From: Zancudomyces culisetae HAW-14-8
Taxonomy: Eukaryota > Fungi > Kickxellomycota
Direction of reading: 5' to 3'
Length of the DNA stretch: 64,000 nt
NCBI GenBank assembly: GCA_052426225.1
Contig: JBNJNM010000011.1
Span: forward strand, 1,178,001 to 1,242,000
Of the stretch, positions 47,698-60,479 are shown piece by piece. How positions within the stretch are numbered: position 1 is the first letter of the stretch; each line of letters begins with the position of its first letter. The position numbers and the translations under genes were made by a program. The notes under the pieces were generated by a model. The model was not told the DNA's origin. It searched no databases and saw only the letters and a list, made by a program, of their open reading frames with translations.

Positions 47698-49247
47698 TTA
47701 CAGGTTTTTTACACACGTATATACAAAATAATGGAAAGAATCACCTAATTGTATTAAGGGCGGCTGTCAGTACATAATAAAAACAACACAATTGATATTA
47801 AGCCTCAAAACAAATAGATATGTTGATTTTTGCACGTATAATCGCGCAAACTAAATAGTAGCTAGAAATTACAATATTATTTACCCAGAGTTGTGATTTT
47901 TAACGTCCAAGAATCTCTCTCCAGAAACCTTTTTCTGAAATGGGGCTGGCCTAGTAATAACGAATACCAGAATCTTAGTCAAAACGTGGGAAAAAATTTT
48001 TTGCAAAAAAAAAAGAGAAGCTAAAACATAAAAATGCTAAAGACCAAAAAAAAGATGCAAAACATATGCCATGTTAATTGAACTGATGTACTTACCAAAA
48101 GTTATGTACATGAACACACCACCAGGCTTCAAAACTCTGTTCATGTTAAATAAAACATTAGTATATCAAATTTGCAATTATGTCACGGGACTTCAACTGG
48201 GTTGTTCATAAAGTATGTTATAGTGGGTTAAAATATCCAAAAGCCGGATAATTGTGTGTTACAAACCTTTCCACCTCGTCGACCTCGCTATTTACTCTTG
48301 CAACTAGCTCCGGAGAAGGGTTCCAAACGTCGCCTTTCTCACACATCAATGCGTCCATTGTACCTGAATTTGTGTAAAACAATTTTTTTTAATATTTCAA
48401 CCACACAGGTCATTTTCTATTTTGGGGCTACTGTCCTTAATAATAAAAAAAAATTATATTTTACCTTTATCAATGATATAGTCGAATTCAGAAGCAGGGT
48501 ATTTAATGTCGCAAACATCCATAACCTCCCCTATTGACAGAAAAAAACCTCAGTGGATATTATAATATTAGGAGCATATATAGTCTATGTATTATGCCCA
48601 ATATGACCAAGATAAATCATAAATGCCCTTACAAACCATGCCTGTGTTTGCGGTTCTGGTACTCATTTGCTCGATAACTGTCTCTGAAAAATCAATATTT
48701 ACTATATCTGAGTAACCGTCGTTATACATATCCTCGGACATACCTAATTCAAGAAGTTTCAGTTATAGAATACTCACTGAGTTATACAGATATTCATCCA
48801 CTTTTATAGTTTAAAACGTGCTCTAGAGATACAAAAAAAACAAAAAAAAACAAAAAAAGAAAGAGAAAAAGTATTACTCGAATTTCCACAGCCCAGCATA
48901 AGGATTTTTCCAGACTTTTTTGGAAGTTCTCTGTTAACCACATCTTTAATGTCATCATATGTCTTGAACCAGTCAAACGAAATATCGTCGTTTCCGCTAA
49001 TAAGATCATTTTTTATGTTTAGACATCATACAACCTCTCTCCATCATCTTATCCCCTGAATACGTGACATAAATGATTTTAAAATAAATCAAAGAAAATA
49101 TAAATCCCAAGATTCCCCGAAAACGAGAATTTAGTTTTTATACCAGAATAGTTGGACTAACCCTGAATAACGCTCTTCCCAGTATTCCCTTGTCCCATAG
49201 TCCGAGTTTTTTTGCGGAAGATTTTCTAAACTGGTGTCCCTCTTCAT
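47698..49247 (-). CDS. SAM-dependent methyltransferase, EEF1AKMT4/ECE2-MT/METTL13-N-like; about 8 small exons
   Basis: Spliced motifs YGTREYWEERY, FDWFKTY, ILMLGCGNS, DMYNDGYSDIVNIDFSETVI, DKGTMDALMCEKGDVWNP, RVLKPGGVFMYITFGQPHFR, FHYFVYTC. Not captured by the ORF track. Confidence 0.88.
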
Positions 49248-51552
49248 ATTGTCCAAATTTGCACGAACGGCTTAGTTTGCTCTGTACTATGATAATTAAA
49301 TTTTGGTTTTTTTTTCCTGTTTACAATGAAAGCATAAAATCAGCACAATTGCGAGTATCTAGAGACATTTGTTGGAAATCAACCAGTCAGGAAAAAAAAA
49401 TTATCTGATCTATTTGTGTTTTATTTTGTAAAGAAAATAAACTCGATTGCTTGCATCTGACAATAAATGGAAAAGTAAAAAAAAATCTCAATACAGCAGA
49501 ATAAGATTAAGGTTTTAGTTTTCATGAACGCTGTATATGGATTTAATCATCCGAAAACAAGAGAGAATCATAAAAAATAGTCTTTTAAAGCTCTACGCCG
49601 TGCTGTTTTAAGTAAAAATACAAACTTCGAGATATCTACTTGTATAGTATTTTATATATAAAAATGATCACATATTGAAGGATATCCGCATATAAAGATT
49701 TATATTTGTGTAGGTTTTACAGCGAAAAAGCGATGTATGTAAATAGTCCGATAATGTGACGTTAAACATAAATATATACTTGCTTAACCATGGTGGTGAA
49801 ATGTGAAAATATAAACCTACAGGAAATATAATACTTTGCGTTTTAGAATTCCCTGAACTGTTTTTATTTGTCTATTTTAAATCTGCTCAAGTGATCGTGA
49901 AATTACAAAATAGAGCATTTACCAAGTTGATATAATGGTATGATGGTAGCAATCAATATTGTGAAGTAGCGACAGGTATTGTAGTGAAAATGTAATCATG
50001 ATGTACAGTTCACTTTGCTGTGCCTCTTTTCTTTTTTTTTTGTCAACTCTTATTATTAGTGCGTTTTTCAGCACAACACTGTAACGTATTTTGATTTGGC
50101 TCCTGATATGAGCAGCGGTTTCAGTATATCCTCTTCACACTTGCTGCTGCCATCTCAACGCTCATTCTGTGCTTCTCTCTCTTGATTGCCGAGTCACTGT
50201 TTTTTTTTTGCTACAAGCTTATTAAATTAATATTACAGTTTACCCGGCCACTAATTTTTATGAACATTGCGTGTTCACTGGCTTAAATTGGCCGAATATT
50301 TCGGCTTTAATTAAAACTTATTCCGTCTTTCTCGAGCTTTTATTGGAACATCGCAAAAAAAAAATAATAAAATAAATATGAACATCCACAAGCCCAAAGA
50401 GCCAACTAATTTCACATTCGCTGTATTTAGCATAGTCATAATCGGATTTTTCATAGTCTCTGAGTTGTATGAGAATTGAGTCTAAAATTAAGAAGCACAG
50501 CAAATAAAAAAAATGCAAAAATTGCAACAGAATATGTTTGAAATTTTCAAAACATAATTCGCCATGCTTCCCCTCCTCCCCACTAACCTTGTCTTAGTGA
50601 CGCACAAAATTCTTTTTTTTTTTGTTGTCCTCGAATTGAATCAATCGATAACGCAATCAACTGCAAAGGCGCCACACAGGTGTTTAGAAAATGAATTTTG
50701 TTCCTTTAAGTTGTCTGGAGCTATAGCAGAATTAAGGCTGATGATGCGCTATGATAAGACTGGGGGGTTAATCGTTATTGGGAATCATTAACGCTAACTC
50801 ACTATATTATGTAAACTGCTAGTACAAAAATGAAAAACGGATATGCATAAAAAAACTTGGTCGTAGTATGGCTTTTATGATAATCCCATGCACTGTGTTA
50901 AATGAAGGGTAGGAAAGAGAGGGGAAGGGAAGGGGGGCGAGACAGAAAAAGCGAGAGTAAGAGTAAACGGATGAGAGGGCAAGAGGGTGATCTAAATTTT
51001 ATACAGTCCTGATACTCTCCAGTAAAATATGGATAGTTATTTGCAGTTTGCTATAATGCATGGATAAGCCACCAGTCTTTTGATATCGTACTAGGGGGTC
51101 AATGTATTTTTATTAAAAAGTGGAGTTTTCCAGGATTTCAAAGCAGGTAAATTAAAAGCTAGACACTAATACCCAAGTGATCCTCCTTGTAGATAAGGGG
51201 GTTCAAAAATAGCTCATATCTCGATTTTCGACTTCAATAGCGTCACTATTACTAAACATAGTGATTTTTTGTGATTAGCAGAGCAGGCATCAAAAAAAAA
51301 ATTTTTTTTTACATTGATGGTTATTTTCTTTTTCATGTTACCAAACAAAAACATCGTGGCCCTTGTTAACGATTTGTCATTAAGAGGTGTGTATTCATAT
51401 AGCGCCATACAAAAACACTATGTAAAACGACTCTGAATTTTCCCCTTTATTTTCTGGAACTTTATGAACTACAAAAGTCATTAGAGCACACAAAACGTTT
51501 TCAGTTTGTTTTCATATTTTTTTTGAAACTGTTATATTTTCTAGACTTGAGC

Positions 51553-51564
51553 TGACTCTATAAA
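51553..51564 (+). promoter_or_regulatory. TGACTC (Gcn4/CpcA-type element) abutting TATAAA upstream of asparagine synthetase
   Basis: Sequence TGACTCTATAAA 70-80 bp upstream of the ATG at 51635. Confidence 0.35.
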
Positions 51565-51634
51565 GGGAAAGGGATTTCAAGAAAAATAAAAAACAAAGAA
51601 AAAAACAGGAAAAATATAACTTTATAGATCTAAG

Positions 51635-53661
51635 ATGTGTGGGATATTTTGTGTATTCAACTACTGGGGCGATACTGAGGCATATCGTACAAGAGCTCTT
51701 GAGCTTTCTAAAAAGTAAGTTTGTCCTTTGAGTGTCATCATAGATTTACGTATTCTATAAAGAAGAGTACGGACTATTTATGTTTTTACTAGTATACTTG
51801 TCTGACATGAAGACATAAAAGCTGTACCCACTGTCGGTCAAAGCAATATAAGATATTAAAAATATTATTAAACGACAAAAATAGGCTACGCCACAGAGGA
51901 CCAGATCACAATGGATGTGTTATCAAGGGAAACAACATCATGTGCCATGAACGTTTGTCTATTGTTGGTGTTACTTCGGGTGCCCAACCACTTACCAACG
52001 ACGATGAAACTTTGGTTCTTTCTATCAACGCAGAAATCTACAACTACAAACTATTGCAAGAACAGATAAAGAAGCCATACCAGTACAAGACCAAATCAGA
52101 CTGTGAAGTTATTATTCCTCTGGTAAGCTCTTTTTCTTTCTTTGCTGAAATTTACCTTTTATTTTTTCTTTTGCATATATACATTTCTCCTCTACATGCT
52201 TGTAATGAAGATGTAAATACGTATCAAAAATACACGTGGGAACGTTGAAAGTGCGGTATTAATTCTGTACACCTCGCTATATCCAAATAGTACGAAGAGC
52301 TTGGTGTTGATGCTGTCAAGAAGCTTGATGGTATGTTTTCATTTGCACTCCTGGATGTTCGCAGCGAAAAACAAAGGCTTATTGCCGCACGTGATCCTAT
52401 AGGTATCACAACACTGTACATTGGACGCAACAGCGAACACCCCGAGGCAGTGTTTGTAGCATCCGAGCTCAAGGCATTGGAGAGCGAATGTGATATTATT
52501 GAAGAGTTTCCAAATGGCCACTACTTTGATAGCGAAACCGGAAAATTTGTCAGATACTTCAACCCAGATTGGTGGGATGCAAAGCGCATTCCTACCACAG
52601 AGGTTGACTACAAACTGCTTCGTGAGACATTGGTTAAGGCTGTGCGCAAGCGTATGATGTCCGACGTGCAGTTTGGAGTGTTGCTTAGCGGTGGTCTTGA
52701 CTCCAGTTTGATTTCTAGCATTGCGGCACGCGAAATAAAAAAGACAACAGGCAACCCCAACAGCTCTATGCCTTTGAAGTCATTTTCCATAGGGTTACCA
52801 GGTGCACCAGATCTGAAAGCAGCAAAGACAGTTGCAGATCAATTGGGCACTGAGCATTATGGTTTTGAATACACAGTTCAGGAGGGAATAGATGCCGTTC
52901 CAGATGTTATCTACCACCTGGAGACATACGACGTCACCACAATCCGTGCATCAACACCTATGTATTTGTTGTCACGTAAAGTTAAGGCACTTGGTGTAAA
53001 GATGGTTTTGTCTGGAGAAGGAAGTGATGAGGTGTTTGGAGGATACTTGTACTTCCACTATGCCCCAACAACCGACAGTTTCCACACAGAGACAGTCACA
53101 AGAGTTCAAAATCTTCATACCAGCGATTGTTTAAGAGCAAACAAGTCTACTATGGCATGGGGACTTGAAGCACGTGTACCATTTTTGGATGTTGATCTTC
53201 TGCAAGTAGCAATGAACATTGATCCCAAGTACAAGGTATGTGGTGCCAATGCTGATGGTTTGATGGAAAAGGCTGTAATTCGTAGAGCCTTTGACGTAGA
53301 ATTCCCAGGAGCCAACTTCACTGAGGACGAGCTTAAAGAAGGCCCATATCTAGATCACGATATTCTTTGGCGCCAGAAGGAACAGTTTAGTGACGGTGTA
53401 GGCTATTCGTGGATTGATTCATTGAAGGAGTGGGCAGAAGCCCAAGTTTCCGACGAAAAGTTTGCTGCACGTGCCACCACTTTCCCACACGATACTCCCG
53501 ATACCAAGGAAGCATACCTGTACCGTGAGCTATTTGAAAAGATTTTCCCCAACCCCGCTTGTAAAAACTCTGTTGTTAGATGGATTCCAAGAACCGACTG
53601 GGGCTGTAGCTCCGATCCTTCTGGCCGTGCTCAACGTATCCATGCCAACGCTACAGTTTAA
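51635..53661 (+). CDS. ASN1: Asparagine synthetase (glutamine-hydrolysing); 3 exons
   Basis: MCGIF N-terminal nucleophile, [53 protein letters not shown]. Confidence 0.97.
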
Positions 53662-54232
53662 TCCTTTAACACATTTTCTCTTTCCATTATCTATACTCTA
53701 TTTTTTTACTCATTCTCTGAAATAATATACTGCTTTCATCATCTATTTGTTCTTGAATTCTGGTTTATATAATGATACCCAACTCAATAGTATATTGAAT
53801 ATGACTTATTAAGTGATGTAGGATAGCGGTAAGAACAAGCTAAAAAAAAACAAGAAACCAACTGCAACCTACTCTGTAAAAAGTGTCCTGTCATTTCCGA
53901 CCTCTATATCAACAGCTGGATTTTTTGTTGTTGTTGATAAGATCCCTTAACATTATGTTCATTTCCCACCTACTAACTTGATTGTCTAGAGTAATCTATG
54001 TATTAGCAAAAAAATTAATTTATGCTTTCCCATGTCAAATCACGTGTGATTTCTGAATCTGCTGAAATTGCAGGATTTAAGAGGCTGAGATTTTCGGGGT
54101 TAGCAGCTGATACCTGAATTAGCAAATATGCAAAATAACAAACATAAACACTGTTTGCTTTTATATACATATATTTTTTGCACTTGCATTTGAATTTACA
54201 AAGCAAAGATAACTCACAATATTTAGAATAAG

Positions 54233-55555
54233 ATGGAACAATTGGTGAACGAAAAGGGCACCCAGGAAACCACGATTGTCAGGGCCATGCTTCAGAAAGC
54301 AAGCGAGGTGGTCCCATCAATCTTGTCAACCTCATTTACGCAGGATGGCCAAATCGGTTATTTTCCGGTTGGTATTTTCCAGTTTATCCATGCATTTGCG
54401 GTGTGTTATGCAGTTAGAAGAAAACTTTCAACCACAGCTTCAACAAGAATGCCTTTGTTTCAAGAGGCTTTTGTATGTCTAATTTATTCTATGGGAGGCT
54501 CAATGATATCAGGTTAGTTTTTGCCTCTTTCACTCTTTTTTTTATTGCTGTATGTGTATGCACTTGAACTATTAATATAAAAGTACGGCATTTGGTTTGT
54601 GCAACGTATAAATTTCTAGCTAAATAACTGATAAATGCACCCTTGTTTTAATTTTGTAGCCTTGTTTCTGGGACTTCCTCAGCCATGGTTAGAAAGTAAC
54701 ACTGCGCTATTAGTAAATACGTAAGTCTGGCGAAAACTCGTCATTTTCTGTTTTTGTACTTAATTTCTTGTGTAAACCTTACTCAGGAAAAATGCCTATT
54801 GCCAACAAAGCGCCTTGCATACGCTGTTTGTAACTAACTAACATCAAGTACAATAACCACAACGCTATAGTATCGCATATTTCATTGTAAACCAATCACC
54901 AGGAGATATAGTGTATAACTTTCTCGAGAGTGTAGCGCCGATAGGCGATTTGATAATGTTTACACTTGATGGTTTGCAAAAGGGATACAACATTACCAAT
55001 GGTGGTGTAGATTTGGTGAGACTCAAGATGAAGGGGCAAGCAGTATCGAATTCACTACCAGGAATGGCAATAATTGCTATGCTCTCAGGAAGCGGTGGAG
55101 GAGTTATTGCAGACTTTTTCAATCTGACAAGCAACACTTGGCAGTTCAGAACACCAACGATTCTGACCCAAAACTCTTCACCATCTCCATCTCCTTTGCC
55201 TCCAGTAGGAGCATCAAGATTCACTAAATTCCAGTTGCCTCTTAACTACGATATGAAAATTTCGTTGTTTGCGGGATTAACATATATATTATCGGCCAGG
55301 CTATGGACATTCAGTGAACATGCGCCAAATTTTGCTTTATCAGGAATTATCGACGCTTTTATTGATCAGATACTTCCTAGACTTACCGAAAAAGAAGCCA
55401 GATTAGTTGTCGGGACAATGGTTGCTACTTTGAATGGGTACGGGAGCTACATCCAGCACTGCAACTTTATGAGAATCAAAAATTCTAGCAAGAGTAACCA
55501 ACCAAGTGAAAAGAACCAGAATGTCAAAAAGCCTGAATCGAAAAAATCGAAATAA
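54233..55555 (+). CDS. TRIC/TMEM38-like membrane channel; 3 exons (54233-54512, 54660-54720, 54870-55555)
   Basis: Multi-TM protein with two repeat-like glycine motifs (YSMGGSMIS|ALFLGLPQPWL and LSGSGGGVIAD), SPGDIVY and a basic tail ending SKKSK. Family recognised by motif recall. Confidence 0.65.
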
Positions 55556-55631
55556 TATTATTTTATAGCACTTAAATAAGTAATGGTCTATGAATACATT
55601 CGTAACACTATTAAAAGTTTATTTCCAACAT

Positions 55632-55660
55632 ACACACACACACACACACGCACACACACA
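55632..55660. repeat. (AC)n microsatellite between convergent genes
   Basis: Directly visible. Confidence 0.9.
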
Positions 55661-55715
55661 AAAGTTAATCTCAGAGCACAATAGTAATTTTATATGCAGT
55701 TATTCATGTTAAAGC

Positions 55716-57601
55716 TCATTCGGAGTCTGAAATGTACACTGGTGATGAATCTGGTTGGCTTCCTGTGGAAAATTTGTAATCATGCTTATTTATAGAGGTG
55801 CCAGCGCTGCCAAAGGAGCCGCTGTGCAAAGTTTCTGCGGATGAAGTTCGGTTGTTTTTACTATTAGTGGTGCCATTACCTTTTAGTAATTTTTTTGGGA
55901 GTCCTAGTTCATTTTGAAAGACATTCTGGTGATACAAATTTTTTAAGAAGCCTCTCGTACTAATAGTTTTTTTGTCTACAGTAAGAATACTGCTCAGAAA
56001 ACTCACTGGATTGTTCAAATCGTAGGTAACATTGTTTGAATTCCTACCGGTGTTCCCAGAGAAAAATATGTGCCTTTTGTTTTGTTGTTCAAACTCAGTA
56101 ATAGGATTTCCAAATCTTTTTGTTTGAAAGTACCGATACATTGTACCTGTCAGTAAATCAAATGCTGTGGAAAAGCTATGTCTAACGCGTGAAATTCCAT
56201 ATGTTCCTGATGTAACGTTGTTTAGCATATCACCTGGATCCTGCAGATAGAGGACTTGTGATTTCTTCCCATAGGGATCCTCGTTTTCTTCACCTTTTGG
56301 TCGTTCAATATAAAACCCGCCGTCTGTAAGCACTATCCCAACATTTCCATAGTTGAATCGTTTTCCATATAATTCAAGAAACTCGCACAACAGCACACCC
56401 ATATTTTTTGCTGGATCTATTGCCTTCGTTTGAAGCAAAGGGTGTAGCTGCAAGAATGAAACCAGCATCAACACGATTGCATATGACCCCAGACCACCTG
56501 TATAAACCTCATTCATATTTCTTTGCTGCAAGAAAAATTTAATAATTAGCACCAGGCTTTTAAGCACTATGGGGTACTCCTCGTCTATATATTTTTTTAC
56601 AATCTTGGCTGTTTTGTACCCATTTAACGAATTTATCGAAATGTCTAATGAAATATTGGTGTGCTCCTCGACTATTTTTACCAACGGAACTCTAGCCCTG
56701 GATATGACCTCGATTTTTCTCCCAAATCTTTCCTTGCTGAGTATCCGTTTCATTCTATACAAAAGTTTAGTTTTTTTATCTCTCCCTTCGAATTCGTTGA
56801 TAACAAGTTGCTTCGTTTTTTTATCTACAATTGTTACTGTAACATCCAGGTCGCTGCAGGGTAAATATAGTCCTGTAGTATAGCTCCCAAATGTCACTAC
56901 CTCGACTTCATAATCTTCACCCTTGTTAAACAGTTTCTTTAGGGCCCTAGTTAACTTTTCTATTACAAATCCTCTAATAGCATGCTCTTCGTTTGTAGGT
57001 TCTATATATTCCACAAATCTGCATATTTCTTCATTTAATCTATTTTAATTTAATCATTGTTTAGATTTTTAGAAACATTCAAACAATCTATCCAGCCCGT
57101 GATAACTTGTTAAAGTGTATTCAACATTTTGGTATAAAAAACAAAAGGAAAAGAAAAAGGAATACAAGATTAAAGTGCAACTTACATTTCATGAACATGG
57201 CTGTGTGGTCCACCCACTCTGGGCCTACCTGCCAACCAAACTGGAACTTTGGTACCGTCATAACAGGTATCAATCTTTCCTGTATTCTCACTGTCTCCAG
57301 TCACCAAATCGTCGTCATCCTCAGATTCGGAGCCTGAGTGATACTTCCTCTTTCTGTTTTTACCTCTTGGCCCCGAATCTTTAGCATTTTTATCCATAGG
57401 GTGCTCATTCGCTCTACTTCCCCTCATTTCCCTGTGGCTACTTTTTTTGTTGCTTTGATCATTTTTATTATAATCTTTTCCTTCCTTTAATGTGCTTTTT
57501 TTGTTGCCGTTGCCTCGATTGATGCCGTTTTCATTTGTGTTTTCTTGAAAATTTTCGGTATCGGTGTCATCACCGAGCGGAATAAAGTTAATATTCTCCA
57601 T
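55716..57601 (-). CDS. TRF4: Non-canonical poly(A) polymerase Trf4/Trf5 (Cid14/PAPD5), TRAMP subunit; 2 exons (57186-57601, 55716-57039)
   Basis: LNEEICRFVEYIEPT, FGSYTTGLYLPCSDLD, ARVPLVK, LDIS, NEVYTGGLGSY, EFLELYG..FNY, QDP..NNV. Confidence 0.93.
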
Positions 57602-58177
57602 ACTAATATATTTTTCACTTTTCCTCTAAATAGATTGCTATTTCTTTATTTCGCAAAACCTAGTCAACTTGTGAATATTTAAAAAAATTTTCAATTTCCA
57701 AATCCATTCAACTAATTTCTCTCCTAATTGAATTTAGCAATATTAAAACAAACTAATTAATGATAAACGCCAAAAGCCGATCCGAAAATTTTTTCTACAC
57801 CAGCTAAAAATAAATGAGTAGTAAGAAAATACCAGACCTACTAGACAAAAAGATGTTAGTTGTATAGTTGGTTTATAACCAAAATGTTGTCTTTTCTTAA
57901 GAACGATCATGCAATATATATATTCAATATACCCATTCTAAACTCGCTCAGCCGGGTGTGAGCTACAACATTACAATACAACTGCAGCTCTACAATAATA
58001 CCCTATTTTTTTTAGGGAAGTTGGTCAAAAACAATGGTTTTTCGGCCTCTGGAATGCCATTGTAAACAAAAAAAATAAATTATATTTATATATTTACACT
58101 ATTGGTTTTATACAAAGAAAGCACGCTAAAGTTATCAAAAAGCTAGACAAAAAATATACAGCATGGAAAATGAATAT

Positions 58178-59099
58178 TTAGTAATGTCTTTTAATTTTCC
58201 TCTTGAGTCCCTTGTTTTCGATTGCAGGTCTATTAACATAAAAAATGTAAAAAGCTTTTAAAATCTAGTAGTATGAGTGTGATGGGTAAGGTAGCAGCGA
58301 CAGTTAGATGTAAGTGGAAAAAAAAACATAGAGACACTTACAATGAGTCGATATCAACTTCGGGCACTGATGTTAACATGGATGCAGATATTAGAATATT
58401 TCCTTCGGTATTTTTCTCCCGCTCAGACTATGGATATTTGGCATAAATAAGTTTGTCAAACTTTCCTTATAAAATAGCCACTATATAAATAGACAAACTC
58501 CAAAAACGGACATATTTACATAAAAACTTAATATTTATTGTAAATACCTTTGAACTCTGGTCCTTTTCGCGGGTTTTTTCGTTTTTATTTATCTCAGATA
58601 ACTTTTTACTAGTTTCATCACCGTCTAAATGCGCTTGATCTTCATCTGGAGCCTTTTTGGATTTGATTTCCAACATTTTACGCTCAATAAACTCCAGCAT
58701 GTGTTTGTCAACATCAACAATGTTGGTCTGATGAGTAAAGGAATCTGAAGTCCTTATAGTTGTCATTTTGCCTTCATTTTTGAGATTTTTCTGGTCTTTT
58801 TTCCCACCTGCCACAACATTGGGATACGCACTTAAACTTGTATCTCCCGTCTCGTCAACGTTGGAAGAATCTTGCTCTAGATGATCCGAATGGCTTCCTG
58901 GAAGGGTTGAAACCCCAAGTTTTTGACCTCTAAATTCTTGTAAAAGACGAATTTCACTTATTGATAGCTTTTCTTCTTTGGGCATCTCTTCTGGTCGAAC
59001 GTTGCCTACTTCAGAATTCTCATGTGGCTCCTCAAAGATACTGTCGATTGCTTTTTTAAACTCTCGTCTACTACCGATTTTACGTTTCTTAAAGCTCAT
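58178..59099 (-). CDS. Tls1/C9orf78-like spliceosome-associated protein; 3 exons, apparently short C-terminus
   Basis: FTHQTNIVDVDKHMLEFIE in exon 1 and EGNILISASMLTSVPEVDID in exon 2 resemble the family. The last exon is uncertain. Confidence 0.75.
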
Positions 59100-60479
59100 T
59101 TTTCTATAGTATGATTATAGTATATTGAAGAAAAGTATTTTTATTTTATGCACAGTGTTAATTTTCACAACCAAGATTATTTTCTTAAACCCACGCAGCT
59201 ACAGCCTTTCAACATCACCTTTAAAAAGAAAAAAGATGAAATTAGCGAAAATAATTCTAAAGGAGCTGAATTTTAGCAAAATTTTCATGTGATCACACCA
59301 TGAATCAAATAATTTAACTACCTCGTATTGCAGGACACACAAAAAAGAAAGTAAGATTTTTCTTTGTTGTAAGCAGGCTGATCACAAGAAAACGATTTAC
59401 TGATTGGTTTCAAAAATGGCTGTTCTACTATTTAGCACTGCTCTGGTTAATGTGGATGCTATGCTGGGCTTTCAGGTTGTTTCTCTTTTTTCACTAGCAG
59501 CTAATATATTTTAGCTAAGATTAAAGGCAGAAGCAAACATAGGTAGTCACCATACTCAAAGAGTCTTTGTTGTATAAAAGTACTAAACAAGTTTTTGAGT
59601 CTATAAATCCAGTAATCACTGGCTGATGCTTTTAGCGGGTGACATCAGTACTAGGGGATGGGGGTGAGGGTGAGGTCAATTTGATGAGTAAGAATTAAAA
59701 GTTGGAGTTGAGTACTAAATTGTGCCTACTCCATCTTTTGTAAGTAGCTGTCTATGGTCATCTTCTGGTACCTCGCGCTCTATCATGAATACAACAGGGG
59801 GAAGGTAGTAAAGCTACTGCTGAGCAAGTGCAGAATGAGCTCGCTTATAACGCATTGCTTTCTAGATAATAGTGATTAGTAATTCGGCTTTGGCTTTTGG
59901 TTTTTAGCGGTTAACTTTTGACTCAGGTACCTGGGAAATGTTGTGTCATTGTTTAAAGCCATTTAAATCGGAACGCTAGGTTCATCACTATTTGTCCTAC
60001 CAATCTGCTTTTGCTCCTAAAAGCAGATTAATGATATTTTAATTGGGTTGGCCATTCAGTTAAATAAAACAGTTTATAAAACAAAGCCATTTACAAAACC
60101 GTGTATAAAAAAATGTAAAGAGCGTGGGCACTAACCAATGGCTGTTTGTAATTACTAGGAACCAACAAGTTGTAAACAAAATAATAACGAAACTGGAGAT
60201 TTTGGAAATTTGGAAATTTCAGTAGCACAGCAAAGTTTCATAATCATTTAAAGTTTGTGTAACTGCAACTATGTAATTAAAAACAGCCAAAACAGCCAAA
60301 ACAGCCAAAAAAAAATATAAAAGAAAAACTTTTAAACACTAGAAAGAAACCAAGTAGAAATAGTGAAAAGCAGGGCCAAAATATAGCTAAAGTGCCGATT
60401 CCTCTAGGTTGTTACGATAACGCGATATAATATGATGAAGCACCGTTGTATACAATAATAAATACGCAAATATACAGAA

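Noticed and set aside
29058-53661. Asparaginase-family gene plus asparagine synthetase as a metabolic cluster
   Set aside because: The first is a taspase-type protease, and the two are 20 kb apart with unrelated genes between.
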